A stretch of DNA of 64,000 nt, from NCBI RefSeq assembly GCF_902652985.1, contig NC_047017.1, forward strand, positions 23,498,001-23,562,000, written 5' to 3'. The notes beneath the pieces were generated by a model. The model did not search any database. It was not told the DNA's origin and worked only from the letters and a program-made list of their open reading frames with translations. The stretch comes from Pecten maximus (Eukaryota). Each line of letters starts with the position of its first letter. The stretch's first letter is position 1. This document shows positions 11,431-30,135 of this stretch, piece by piece. The translations under genes were made by a program, and so were the position numbers.

Positions 11431-13829
11431 TGTTATTTCCATGATCTCTTCACTGTGTATATGCTTTGCCTTTCCTGTGCGGTAAAATGGATATAAACGC
11501 GAAGAGAACCGTAGGGTATCGAAGATATGTAGGAAGTGACAAAGGTATGGCTCACGGGACTCACTTTGTATCATTATCAATATCAATCACACAGATTGTC
11601 CAAACATGTGTCGTACGGAAATACAGAATGTAAATGGTCTGGGAATAAAAATCGATTGGTGCAACATGGTAATGGGAAATATTGAACGTTAATCGTATAG
11701 GCGTGAATACAGTTCAAATACAATATCGGACTAATGGATTGTATACGCAATTTTTTAATGCAAAAATAACAAAGGACTAAATGCACGAATTGCTGGTTTC
11801 TGCTCCCCGGTTTGACGCATTTATTTTTCTGAGATGAATTTATTTTGTGGAATATATTCAATGAAAATAAAATGAATAGGAAAGAAATGTTTGTCTTAAT
11901 ATTTGTTTGATATTTTGACCTAAAATCATTGTTTCTTGTCCTATTTGTATGTTCAGCTAATCTACCGATACCTGACCTGTTGTGTAGAATTGACAATAGC
12001 GCACTGAAACCTCAAACCAAGCATTTTTGTAATTATCAATACTAGTTCCATATTGTGTACGATAATCAACAATTTTGGATGTGGAGCTAAAATTGGCCAA
12101 TAGTGCATTTAGTCCTTTTTGTGAACTACATAGGTTGTAGTCACTTGTCGAGTTGTTGTTTGTATGTAGATGATGAGATGTATTGATGGATGATGATTGA
12201 CGCCGTAGACTCTTCTTCATATTTATTATGTACAAGTACTATACATATATTCATGGCAGGTATTTTCAATGTATATGTCCAGTGAGGGCGAGAGTGTCTC
12301 CGCCCGGCCTGCTGGCCGGACTGTCCCGAGGACCAGTCACCTATCTCTCTCCCCTAACTCTTGTCGCACTGCTTCTTTATATGCTAGGGACGATGTTAAT
12401 TACATAATCCAAATCACTTAATACGTAGGTAAATATATAACTTGTGTCCAAATAGACAGAGTTCTTATGTAAATGGCATTGTATACCCAGGGGCAGTATC
12501 CGTGTCAACAGGTAGTAGCCACGTCTACACATATACTGCCCTTTGGACATACCGTGCTCTCTGAATATAAATTTCCGTACTCTTAATAATTTTGATAAAT
12601 TTCAAAATAAATCATTATACTTCATTTTGAATATGTATGTTTATCTATGCAAAAGAATGTTTTGCATAAAATAATATGTTTTGTCCGAGTGAATGTTTAA
12701 AATATGTTTAAGGTGAAAGTGCATGATGAGGATATAACGATTAAATAAGTATGTGGATGATACCGTTTCTATAAGTTTATCGCTTATTTTTAAATAATTA
12801 TTTTTAAAATTAAGTCGATACATGTTTTTATGAACTGCAACACGAGAAAAAAACGTTGATATTAACTGAAATCAAAGGGCTATAAGTGTTTTATTACCAA
12901 GGCTGTTTTTCAGTTTAAAAAAATCAACGAATTCAAACAGGGACGTATAAAATCAAAGTACTGAAAGTACTGTAGGAGGCGTTAGTCAGATGTAAAAGGA
13001 GATATTTGAAATAAAGCAAGAATACAAATTAAACTGATATCAACATGACTAAACATTTCCACTTAAGTGTGTCAAACCAACCGGACATAATGGTTTTCAC
13101 AGTCCTGATGAATGTAATGGTTTAGACTGTTCCGATATACATAATGGTTTTAACCATCTTAAAGTTTCAAACCTACTTCTAAAAGTAGTTAAACATTTCT
13201 TATTTCAATCACACTTTTACTTAAGAAGTCAAACATTTTAAATTTTTTCAAATAAACTTCTGCTTAGGTACATGTCATTAACATTCATACTTTAAACCAT
13301 CTTTTATATTTAAGTAGTTCAAAATTTGCATTTATGTGTTTAAAACAAACTTATATTTTATAGGCCTTGGTATTAGAAATGTCGAAACAATATGATATGC
13401 ATTTCGATAAGTTATAACAATACACGATATGTATTGAAAATACAGGGAGTGTCTGCTACTTTTTTTGTTGAAAGTGTGCAATGTCTTTCAATATCTTGTA
13501 AACAAAATTGTTTATTCCTTTCTATTTTGATCTTAGAATAATATCAAAATTAGATTGACGGCTTTTAAAAGTTATTACACTTTTTTTTCAACAAAGACCT
13601 CATTTGTTAAGGACAATTATTTTAAAATTAGATATCAATTCCATCTATTTTAATAGATCCAATGTCAATATTAACAATGAACTGTGATTTGTGATTTGTT
13701 GCTTTTTAATTTACCACCAAGATGTAGATAATAGCCTAGTAGCTATAGGTACTGTATATAAATATACAGCGTTTTACATGCAAAATATTGAAGAAAACTT
13801 TCATATTTGATATCAATTCAATATGATTG

Positions 13830-14443
13830 TATAGGTCCCTTGGGGTGGGGAAAGAACCCTGGGCCTATTTTTACATCAGGATTGTGTTCATCTCTTGGTC
13901 AATTTGGCTTAATTGACATAAATAACTTCTTCTCTGAAACTAAGCAATCGATATAGCTCATACTTGACTGGTAGCATCATTTTGGGTAGGGATTCAAAAT
14001 TGTAAAAATGGTGGGGTTGACCCCTGGGGGGCAGGGTCAAAAGGGGTCAATTGGTTTCTCTGAAACTAAGTTATGGATATAACTCACATTGGTGTGGTAG
14101 CAATCCCTATGGGGTTGTACCCAAAGTCAATTTCATTTCATGGATTAATTGAACAATTTGGTATAAAACCTACATTTGCATGGTAGCATGGTTATGGGGT
14201 GGGTATTCAAAATTGTACGAATGTTGGGGTTAACCTCCCGGGGGCTGAAGGATGGGACCAAAATAGGTCAATTTCGCTAAATTGACATTTTTAGAATAAC
14301 AATAAACCAATCTACATGTACCCATATAAAATGCTTATGATATATTGACATAGAAATACCAGCGACAAATTAACTTAAGCATCATTCTTGTTTCATATCT
14401 CATAAAACCAGGTGAGCGATACAGGCCCTCTGGGCCTCTTGTT
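13830..14443 (+). mobile_element. Degenerate Helentron/HINE-like element, 3' part with internal satellite-like repeats
   Basis: Ends CCAGGTGAGCGATACAGGCCCTCTGGGCCTCTTGTT (subterminal motif + hairpin + CTTGTT), nearly the same terminus as the element at 43899-44689. Confidence 0.7.
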
Positions 14444-17400
14444 TTATCTGTGAAACCATTCAGATCCCAACTCAATAATCTTGCTGGACACCCCTTTTGA
14501 GCCAACAATTGAATTGCAATTTATGGATAATTTTTTTAATTTTGGCAAGAAAACATTCTTTAAAGGGCATGTCTGCATCATTTTTAATAATTTGCCATTG
14601 AAACTTCGCACACACCTTCATAAGAGCCGGTTCTTTAAAATGTGAATGAAGGTCATGGTCAGAGAGATAAACTCAATATTTGTAGTCAGTCACACATGTT
14701 ACATGTATCTGTTTGCCAAATATCCAGCCTTCATGTGTATGTGCAGTTTTGGGTCATGTTTTCATTTTGGTAGGAATTTCTTTTTAAAAGTGCCATATCT
14801 GCGTCATTTTGATTATTTGACCTTGATACATTGCACACACCTTTAAAAGGGCCGATTCTTTAAAATGTGACCCAAATTAATAATTTTGAAAGAACTTTGA
14901 ATTTTTTTCATCATTTGACCCCCATGACCTTGAATGAAGGACAAGGTCAAATATAAGTATAACATTTGTAGCCAGCCATACGTTATCGATGTGCCAAACA
15001 TCAAGCCTTCATGTGTATATAGATAAAAGAGCAGAAACCTTTATTCTGCAATTTTGGATTATTTTTTAATTTTGGCTGGAGAAAATAGCTTTATGATTCT
15101 TTTCCAAGTGCCATATCTTTCTGCCTTATTTTTATCTGATGACAATAAAATATGCACATTCTGTTTCAGTGGACTATGTTCTTTCATATGAAATGAAAAG
15201 AATAATCAATTTGAGATTTTTATTTTTGACATTCGAACCCATAACAAGTCGTTGGCCTTGACATTCTCTGACAATATGTCATTGAGAAAAGTTTGCCCTA
15301 ACCACGTGCTAACCAATTTCCAATTTCCAATGAAACAAATTATGCTAAAATATGTGTGATGAGTTTCCTATATAAACTATAGTAAAATGTATCCTCTCCC
15401 CAGGGAGAATGCGACACATAGGGGGCCATGAAATTAACAATTTTGATAAAACAGCTTAAGAACCTTTTGTACACCATTCTGCGATATCTTGGTCTTAAGA
15501 AGAAGACCGACGCATGACGACAGATCAAATTATAATGGTGTATATTATGAGCTGAATGTCAAAGGATTGTAAACTCTGTACAAATTGTATTATATTATCA
15601 GGCAGTCAGCCTAAATGTATGTTTCATATCTACCATATTAGAAGTTTGAGGTTTTGTACGATATATATATATACTTAATTTTTACACATACATTAAATGA
15701 GTTAGCTACTTTCATAAATTAAGATGTTTTTTCTAGAGTTTACTAGGCCGGATGAAATATGATCATGAGCAATCAGTATGGTCAATATGAGATTTGATAA
15801 AATGCCTCTCGTAGGTCAACCACTCATGATCACTCAACTTCTTTTTGTAGGAGTCAATATTATATGTACGAGAATTAAACTCTCGCGATGTCTGTTGCAC
15901 ATAAGTACAAAGAAATACATTATCACTTAAGCCGAAAAAAATCACACTTAAGTAGCAATAACACATAATAGTCGAAAACCCAATATATGTTATCAGTGAT
16001 AAGAAACAGTACTTATAAGCATTTTTGGCAATTTATCCTGAAACAGCTATAGCCTTCCATATTTGACATCCCACAGATTGTTGCTTGTATATATATATAG
16101 TTTTAAAGGTCAACATTGGAAAAAACCTAAATGGTTATACATGAAATCATAATAAATAGAATTATTGACAAACAAGTTTCATTTATTTTCACACTTTCTG
16201 GAGACCAATAAGGAGATTGATGATTATTTTAAGGGATATGTTCGCGACATGAAAATCAAACATTTTTAATTAAATTTCAAAAGCAAATATAGATTTATTT
16301 TGAAAGTTATGAGGAATATTGATATTTGAGAAAGTCTTATATTATATGGATTTGATATGGATTGCCAATAGATATACATGTATTTATCATTTTACATGAA
16401 AACAACAAAAAGTTATATTACATGAAAACAACAAAAAGTTGTACTAATAGGTTAAAATGCAATTGGTATACATTTTGTTAATCTACAATTACTTTGTATT
16501 GTTTAATATATTCTATGTAATACAAACATTTCACAGCTTGGTGCATACAAATGTATATATATATTACATGAAAACATTTGAACAGGTTGAATCGTGAGCT
16601 GAATAATATATAAATAAGACAAGCTGGTTCAATAATAATTTAGCATTTTCATATATATTACGAGCGCGAGTAGCTACTGCAGTAAACCTTATCACAGAAA
16701 TCCAGATTCTGTATATTGTCTCTGTCGGGGAAGGTACAGCACAAATGACCACCACGACAGATATGTGCCAGTTTTCTTAGTTTTAAAAAATAAACGATCG
16801 AATTCCATCACGCCATCATGTAGGTCAACCGATTCATGGATTTGAAACACAGGGACTTCGATCAATTATCGCAGTAATCCGAAGGGTTCTGGGGTTGATA
16901 TCGCCTTAAAGCTGATTAAAGTTTGCATATAGTATATAGCAAGATCGTCAGAAAATTCGGACTATAATCGCAGTAGATATTGTGATTTTGTGGCCTGGCC
17001 AGGCTTGAACAACTTATCGTAAACAGTTTCGTCCTAAATAAACAAACACTTATTTCAGTGAGTCAACAAACAGATTTAAACTTTGTAAGCAACTTGCCTT
17101 TAATTCATGTTGATAGATATTAATTTCTAGCGACAAACATCATTTTGATGCTTCGTGTGAAGCCCGTGTCCACGTGCTTCCATTCGAGTGCTCGCTCACG
17201 TAAACAGACGGAACACGTGATCGCTAAATATCGGACTAAATCTCATAAAATCTCGTGAACAAACTACCAAGTTGTAAACAAAAGACATGTTGTTAGCCAA
17301 AACCTGGAGGGTAATATGAAAATCAGGAATTTGTTTGCGCTTGGTTGTTATGCCATCCTTATTTCTAGTAGTTAAACAAGTGTCCTCTGTAAGGTAACGT

Positions 17401-17636
17401 CAGAAACTCGCAGTTATCTCCCTTCAAACAGTATTTGCAATATAGATTTGCAAAAATCGATGCAGGTGTAGATATTTACAAGACATTATTCTTATTGTTT
17501 ATTCAAAATAATTCCTGAAATGTTCAAAACATTATCAGCATAGTTAATACATTTCTGTGCACATCTACTTTGAATGACGGACTACAATGACGTGCCTCAT
17601 ACTTGGAACTAATTATAAGCGAATCATTACCCCTAG

Positions 17637-18774
17637 CAGAGACATATATACAGAGAGATTGGCAGCTCTCTATTTGCCCTTGTGTTTACATAGTGGCCCC
17701 TGACCTTCCCACAATCCTTTGCGGTCGCTCGGTTCAGTCTTCACTAGACGCCATATTGGAGAAAACTTGAAACCCAGACACATAATTATCGATAATTTCT
17801 ATTTGAAATCATCACCAAGATCCAATTATGTGCTTTAATTTTATTAATATCAAAGTGCAGAAGTGTCATCAATATGAAATATATCACAATTTGCTGTCCA
17901 AGTGTTTGTATTTTGAGTATGAAAGTCAAGCACAACGCAGGAAAGATCGGCGGGAATCTCCAATTTTCGAAAAGTCCCTATGGGGTTTTCGAGAATACGG
18001 ATAAATGACAACAATGCGCATGATAATCTAGACCACATTCCATAAGTATGATAGTTTTTGGTTAATTTGGTAACTTTTGTAGTGGCCTAAATAAAACGAT
18101 GTGCTTTTTGTGTGCGTTTAAAATTGACGATGTTTTGGTCGGACGTAATGGCTGCTTAATTACAAAACTTGGACATGTCGAATAGGACCCAATGGATTTT
18201 AGAAAATACGGATAAATGGCAGCAATGTGCATGATCAATAAGACTATATCCCATAAGTATGATAGTTTTTGGTTAATGTGGTAACTTTTGTAGTGGCCTA
18301 AATAAAACGATGTGCTTTTTGTGTGCGTTTAAAATTGACGATGTTTTGGTCTGACGTAATGGCGGCTTAATTACAAACTTGGACATGTCGAATAGGACGC
18401 CAATGGATCGTAGAAAATACGGATAAATGGCAACAATGTGCATGATCACTAAGACTATATCACATAATTATGATAGTTTTTGGTTAATGTGGTAACTTTT
18501 GTAGTGGCCAAAATAAAACGATGTGCTTTCTGTGTGTATTTAAAATGACGATGTTTTGGTCTGACGTAATGGCGGATTAACCAGAACATGTCGAATAAGT
18601 TCCAATACTACGATACACACATGCGCATAGCCCGATTTACCTGCGCTCGCGTGTGTTTGATAGGAGACAGGACGCTCTCGATAAGGGATATGCTTGAGTG
18701 GTCACGAATAAAGGGAGCCACTATGTGTACGGGGAAATAGCGATGTTACTAATCTCTCTGTATATATGTCTTTG
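17637..18774 (+). mobile_element. Non-autonomous TIR DNA transposon (P/Galileo-like), 1138 bp, 7-bp TSD, internal ~210-bp tandem repeats
   Basis: TIR CAGAGACATATATACAGAGAGATT / AATCTCTCTGTATATATGTCTTTG. TSD CCCCTAG at 17630-17636 and 18775-18781. Internal unit recurs at ~18040, 18251 and 18461. A second copy lies inverted at 53899-55037. Confidence 0.9.
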
Positions 18775-19053
18775 CCCCTAGTTACAGAAATTACCACCAG
18801 AGGTCTCAAATTCCGGGCTTCCGCCGAAGAGAAATTTATACTGAATATACCTTTTTCATGTAATAGCACTTTATTTGTAGTCTTGATAGTTTTCATAAAT
18901 GTATATATAGTTCAACTACATCATATATATACCGAAAGAAACTACAAAATGAACTGTGAAAGGAAATATAACGAAAATGAAAGTGAGAGATTGTGACGTC
19001 ACAACTCGTAGGTGATTGTAATATGGCAGGCGTAAACGCCTCCATAAAAAAAA

Positions 19054-19084
<31 letters not shown>
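19054..19084 (+). repeat. G31 homopolymer (G-quadruplex-capable)
   Basis: 31 consecutive G after an A run. Confidence 0.9.
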
Positions 19085-19085
<1 letters not shown>

Positions 19086-19608
19086 GAGGAAGGGGGATCA
19101 CGTGCCTTTTTTATTATTTTATTTTAGTCATTTTAGTCCATCGGAAAATATGAAAAATCTATGTGTTTTACAGTATAAATATCTGTAGTGGTACGTCATA
19201 GAGTTCCAACTAGGCTATGATGTGACGAAATAATTGGATACTATACATGTATATTGTAAAACACCAGTTTATGTACACAATTTTCTTGTTATCCTTGTGT
19301 ATATGAACTAAGAAAAAACATTGTACGTGAATCAAGTAAATGATATAGAAGATATAGAAGGAGTAGGGGCTAATATTTTTTCCGGCATAGCCGTATAATA
19401 TTCTTTTTGTCCCCGGAAATGACGCGACAGGTGGCGTTACCGGTCAAGATGAAGTATGTGATTGATCAATGTAGCGGTAAATGCAAAATGCAGATATGCA
19501 CTTAAAAACGAAACAAAGTTAAGATTGAATACAAGCTGAATAAGTGGATGCATCTTTTCAAATGACACATTAATAAAATCATATTCCTGATTGAAATGCA
19601 ATCGTATT

Positions 19609-22396
19609 CAGGCGCGTAGCTGCCTATACGCAAATACGCAGTTGCGTACACATCAGTTTTCAACAAACAAAAAACAAACAAAAAACACAAAAACAAAGAA
19701 AGAAAAAACTGTTATTTATATGAGCTTATCTATACACAAAATATGAATGCTGCCCTAGGTGATGGTTCTAGTCAAACCCACTAATTGATATAACTAGTCA
19801 TTTAGTGGTAGGGAACGCAATCAATCGGTCGGTTAAAGTGGACAAAGAAAAATCCGAAGACCTATTTCTTTGGAAGAAATTTCAGCTCGCCCCGCAGGAA
19901 TCATCAGCATCAGAAAAAAGTCAAAATGGTACACCTGATGTAACAAAGCTCCCTGGTTGTCAGAATTGCAAAATGCTTACGCTAACATTTAATAGCATTC
20001 AGGACATAAAAGATCAATGCCAAATGTATGCATTTTATATACAAAATTTGCAAGATATATGTATATATGAGAGGTTGAAGCAAATTCTAAATAGCACACA
20101 AAGCCTAGTTTTGATATTGAACGGTTTACACAAAATATGGGAAAAAAGAAAATAAATCCAAATAATTTCAAAAATGTTGTCAAATAAAAAAGATGCCAAA
20201 TATATATATATACTAATATAGACTTAAAAACTTAATATAGACTTAAAAGTGTTTCGATAAGTTTAAAATGAGCTTTGATACAAAAACGTTAAGTCCTAAA
20301 CATAGGAAACTTAAGTTAAAAGAAAAAAATAGAATAATTAAATAATATTTTTTGTAGGTTTAACTTTACTCTACTAAATGATTATTAACTTGATTCCGGT
20401 TTGGTGTCCCCCACCTCTCTTGTCTTGATCAATCAGTCTATTTGGTATTGTACCTTCAAAATAGAGCAAATTATTTTCTAAATTCTCCTTATTTTCTTCT
20501 GTTTATCTCATACCATTCCCTTTTACAATACATATTTATTTTATACAATTCAGATTATCTTTTTTATACTAAACAGATTATATTTTTGAATATGTCTCAA
20601 GTACACGTATTTGCTTTTTTTTGCAGTTAGACGTACACGTAAAGCCATTTCAGGTAAAAGTAGATTTCAATTAATTCCATGAGGAAAAGGGGTATCTGAA
20701 AGCTCTTTTACACACATGTCAGACAATCTAACAGCTATATTCAGATACGTGCTGAATGCAAACTATATAGCATTGTTAGATCTCATATCCCTTAAAATGT
20801 ATTATCTTATTATATAAGATATGTTATCACAATAATATGCCGAAACACAATACAAAATAAAATTATGATTTAACTCATTCCATTATAACAATTATACACA
20901 ACGAGATTTTTTTTCAAATATGTGTGTGTGTGTATTTCGGCACAAATTTCATGAAGCTTGTAGAAAAAATAATCTGATACCTTCTCAATTAAGAAAAGTA
21001 AAATAAGCGCCTATAATCATCTATTGTTAAACGTACATGTAGTCAATGAGCGAATAGTGAATATCTAAATTGCTCATTTAAATATGATTTAAAAGTTGGG
21101 CATAGTAACATTTAATTTTTTTTCTGGGGTCTGATCTAGTCCACCAGGGTGAAGTCTGATTTACATACAGTATCTGTTACTGTTAATCTTAAAATGAATT
21201 ATAAAACATTAACCAAAACAACAAGTCCAGAGTTATATAATCATGCGCATAGAGTACAAAATTCACTATTGGAATTTTCCTCACTACATGACAGTTGGTA
21301 AAATGCAGAAATGAATCAATACTTTTAAGGAAATCGTTTGCTTTCAAACGTTAGGTGAACGTTACTATACGTATGATTAGGAATGTATTGAATATAATGA
21401 AACACAGCTTTCTGAACGCAGATAGACACAGAAATCTAATTTTCAAATGTACAGATTTTGATATTATCTATGTACCCTTTGTCTGATCTTCAATGAAATT
21501 AGTAAATTAATATATTTTTAAATAATTAGGTTTGCACACCAACGCTGTCACGAATGTTTTGCCTTATATATCCAGGCTGCTAAATAGTGGGATTAACGTC
21601 TCCAAACGAAACCAAGTGTGGTTTTCCTGGATTGCCTGGGTTGTCACTTGAATACGGTTCACTGGTAGTTAAGCTTCTGAACTCTGACCCCTATCTGAGA
21701 GAGTGTCCTAGGCTCGGCTATAACCGGAACAAGGACATTAATCCTCGTCAATCAACCCCTATCTGATTATCATTCCAACTTTTAATTAACTCTAGAACAC
21801 ATGTCGTGCTATGTTATGACCACCGGTACAGTTGAAAGATTCATTTATATCAAATTCAATTCGACTTTACTGGAACTTTTATAACTACAACTGTATTTTT
21901 ATATATAAATGTATTTTACCTACACATACCGTAATGAAAACATCACCCATTGTCGCAATGATCATTCCAAAACGTCGTGTTACGGTAACGCGACTTAAAT
22001 ACAAGGTTGATCTCAGGTATTTGGTCTTGATTTCTTTCTTTTACAGCCCTTCCCACAGGAAAGGTATTGCTTTGCCCAATGAACTATGGTTATATGTACC
22101 AGAGACATATATATGTCTCTGTTATGTACGTATGGTTATTGAACACGTATTCGGACATGCATGTAAACGTGTTCCAAACGTGCAAAATAAGGTAAAGGCA
22201 ACACAAATCATCATTATTAATGCTGTACAAGGCTCGTCGTTTCAAGAAAACATGACAACGTAACTATTCGGACATCGTTAAATGACGGACTTTTAAAATT
22301 GCCCAAACACTTAACTGCATATCATAATACGGTACTCATTCACCCCTCATTTCATTTCTCTGCATACACATACAAAATAACTTGGCTACGCGCATG
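19609..22396. mobile_element. Non-autonomous TIR element, 2788 bp, CAGG termini, 5-bp TSD (hAT5-like)
   Basis: CAGGCGCGTAGC ... GCTACGCGCATG (11/12 inverted match). GTATT duplicated at 19604-19608 and 22397-22401. No recognisable transposase ORF. Confidence 0.7.
22100..22121. mobile_element. TIR-only remnant (putative excision footprint) of the CAGAG family
   Basis: CAGAGACATATATATGTCTCTG flanked by (A)TATGTAC / (T)TATGTAC. Confidence 0.7.
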
Positions 22397-22563
22397 GTAT
22401 TATCACCAAAATGATTCAAACTGATATCATTCTGTTATCTGTGCTGTAACACAATAGTTCGTTCATTTATTCCACCAGCAGTTTTATATTATAAACACCA
22501 GCATTTAAACTATGCCGTTTATCTTTTTAAAAGATATTTCTTATTATTAATACTAACCAGTAG

Positions 22564-22587
22564 CAGAGATCTATATATAGGTCTCTG
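22564..22587. mobile_element. TIR-only remnant (putative excision footprint), related subfamily
   Basis: CAGAGATCTATATATAGGTCTCTG with perfect 7-bp TSD CCAGTAG at 22557-22563 and 22588-22594. Confidence 0.8.
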
Positions 22588-22840
22588 CCAGTAGGCTGTA
22601 TACAAATCAATCTGTTTGGTACGGTCAAACCTCATAAATGAAGGCGTCTCTGTCGTCATTTTGTTTTCGGATTAATTTTGCATACAAATACTAATTTATT
22701 TGATCAAAATTTTCAATATATTGATAATTATTTGGAAGATTGATTTTTCCAAAATTAGACATTAGTTCACCGGTTAAAGTCTGGGGTTTTTTCATCCTGG
22801 TTTGTACGAAAGTATCTCTAATAATTCAGTGCTAGCCAAA

Positions 22841-27720
<4,880 letters not shown>

Positions 27721-29237
27721 ACCTCATCATCATCAACATGTGAATCATTTTGTATGAATTTGGAACTCTGTTACTCCACCAGCATCTTCCTGGATTCATA
27801 CATCGAACGACTCTACACATGATTCTAGGCCTAAAATACAACATCAAGACGACTCCCAGATCACCGTATAGGACGGTGGGATACAAATAGTAACACATGG
27901 CAGTCATAATCTCATGAATAAATCCGTGTCGACATGATAATAATAGGTTAATATTATCTGGATATATTGTACTTGGAAGAATGTGTTACATTTTGTGTTT
28001 GAAATTGTTGTGTATGTGATGAAACAGGATAATTTTGATTGCATACTGTATAGTGTTAAATTTCACGGGACTAGTATTTCAGTTGTCCCAGCAATCAACA
28101 TGTTTTACAATATTTATTTAAATATTAAGACATTGCTTTTTATTTTTTTGAATTGGCAATTTATCATTAATATATATATTTTTGATCATGTTGCATGAAA
28201 TCATAATCTACCACAGTGCATACTAAAACAGGTGCGTAACAAGGCTGCCCAATATCAATGTGCAAGCCTAATCACTGCATAATTATGGAAAATTAATAAC
28301 ATTAGGCTTGATAAGCTTCATCTAGTGACAATGTAACGCAAGTGTAAATATTTGTGTATATAAATACTCCCTAGGTATTTATTTTCCCACTAGAATTAAT
28401 GACGGTGAGTGAAATTAAAATGACGGTGAGTGAAATTAAATTCCTCCCTAATATTACCATCTATAATGTAGATAGAACCATCCGTGAACAAAATCTTGAG
28501 GGATAAATCTGAGTATTGCCCAATGAAAGCAAATTTGTGTCTGGAAAACCCTGACCAAACCTTCCTGAAAGGTTAACTACATTTTCAGGTTAAAATGTAT
28601 TTCTTAGTTCAACAAGTTGTCTAGTTCATATAGCAGAACGACCTTGGATGTATGGGAGAAAGGGAGTGTCAGCCATATCTGTGATATCAAGAAGCTGCTG
28701 GAGCTTCTCACACATACTTTAGTCAGTCAATTTTGTTGTAGACTGGGGCAGTCACAAAAATGTTACAACTCACATGATCATAGAGTCTGTCTACAACAAG
28801 ATTGTTATAGTATGATTATCTTATGGATGAAGTAACTTGTTCAAAGGATTCATATCAAGACTTCATTAAATCAGATATAATTTATGCTTGGTACATTGTA
28901 AATTAGACCTTTGATTGATAATAAAATTTACATGTAAAGGTACATAGAGATCTCTACATTGTGCTGTGGACTAATGTTGCTGGTACAATATTTGTTTACA
29001 TATCTTTGGAGTGTCGGTTATGTAATGACTTTCTAAAGGGAAAACAAACTTTGTATATAATGTTAAATAAGAATTTAAGGGAATATATACTTAACAATGA
29101 TATGCAAATAATATATAAATAGCATCATGTTTATACATATTGTCAATGCAAATTATTGTCACAAAAAGTTATTTTATCGTAGAAAATGTTTTAATTGTTT
29201 TATAATAAAACTAAGTGTGCATATATATAGAAAACTT

Positions 29238-30135
29238 CTGATCATGTGACCAGGTAACTATTGATCATGTGACCAGGTAACTATTGATCATGTGACCTGG
29301 TAACTATTGATCATGTGACCAGGTAACTATTGATCATGTGACCAGGTAACTATTGATCATGTGACCTGGTAACTAATGATCATGTGACCAGGTAACTATT
29401 GATCATGTGACCAGGTAACTGTTTATCGTGTGACCAGGTAACTATTGATCGTGTGACCAGGTAACTATTGATCATGTGACCAGGTAATTATTGATCATGT
29501 GACCAGGTAAATATTGACCGTGTGAGCCGGTAACTATTGATCATGTGATAATTTAACTATTGCTCAGTAACTGTTGATCATGTGACCAGGTAACTAATGA
29601 TCATGTGACCAGGTAACTGTTGATCGTGTGACCAGGTAACTATTGATCGTGTGATCAGGTAACTATTGATCATGTGACCAGGTAACTATTGATTGTGTGA
29701 CCAGGTAACTATTGATCATGTGACCTGGTAACTATTGATCATGTGACCAGGTAACTATTGATCATGTGACCAGGTAACTATTGATCATGTGACCAGGTAA
29801 CTATTGATTGTGTGACCAGGTAACTGTTGATTGTGTGACCAGGTAACTATTGATCATGTGACCAGGAAAATATTGATCATGTGATAAAGTAACTATTGAT
29901 CATGTGATAGGGTAACTATTGATCATGTGACCAGGTAACTATTGATCGTGTGACGAGGTAACTATTGATCATGACATCTGGTAACTATTGATTATGTGAC
30001 CAGGAAACTATTGATCATGTGATCAGGAAACTATTGATCATGTGATCAGGTAACTATTGATCATGTGACCAGGTAACTATTGATCATGTGATAGGTAACT
30101 AGCAATCATGTGACCAGGTAACAAGCTGATCATCG
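29238..30135 (+). repeat. 23-bp minisatellite (GATCATGTGACCAGGTAACTATT)n, ~38 copies
   Basis: Head-to-tail copies between the convergent YIPF4 and kelch-like genes. Confidence 0.97.

Larger units (their letters stand above)
19372..22545 (+). mobile_element. Helentron/HINE-like element (same family as 2438-2810) split in two by a 2.8-kb insertion
   Basis: 19372-19608 and 22397-22545 join to give the reverse complement of 2438-2810. Confidence 0.75.

Noticed and set aside
12370-12390. TATA box (minus-strand TATAAAAG) as the GPCR promoter
   Set aside because: Plausible, but 3.8 kb from the ATG, and no supportable exon path connects them without transcript data.
19805-20155. 116-aa ORF as a transposase remnant
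   Set aside because: Non-ATG start and no recognisable hAT, THAP or DDE motif; a lone CxxC is not enough.
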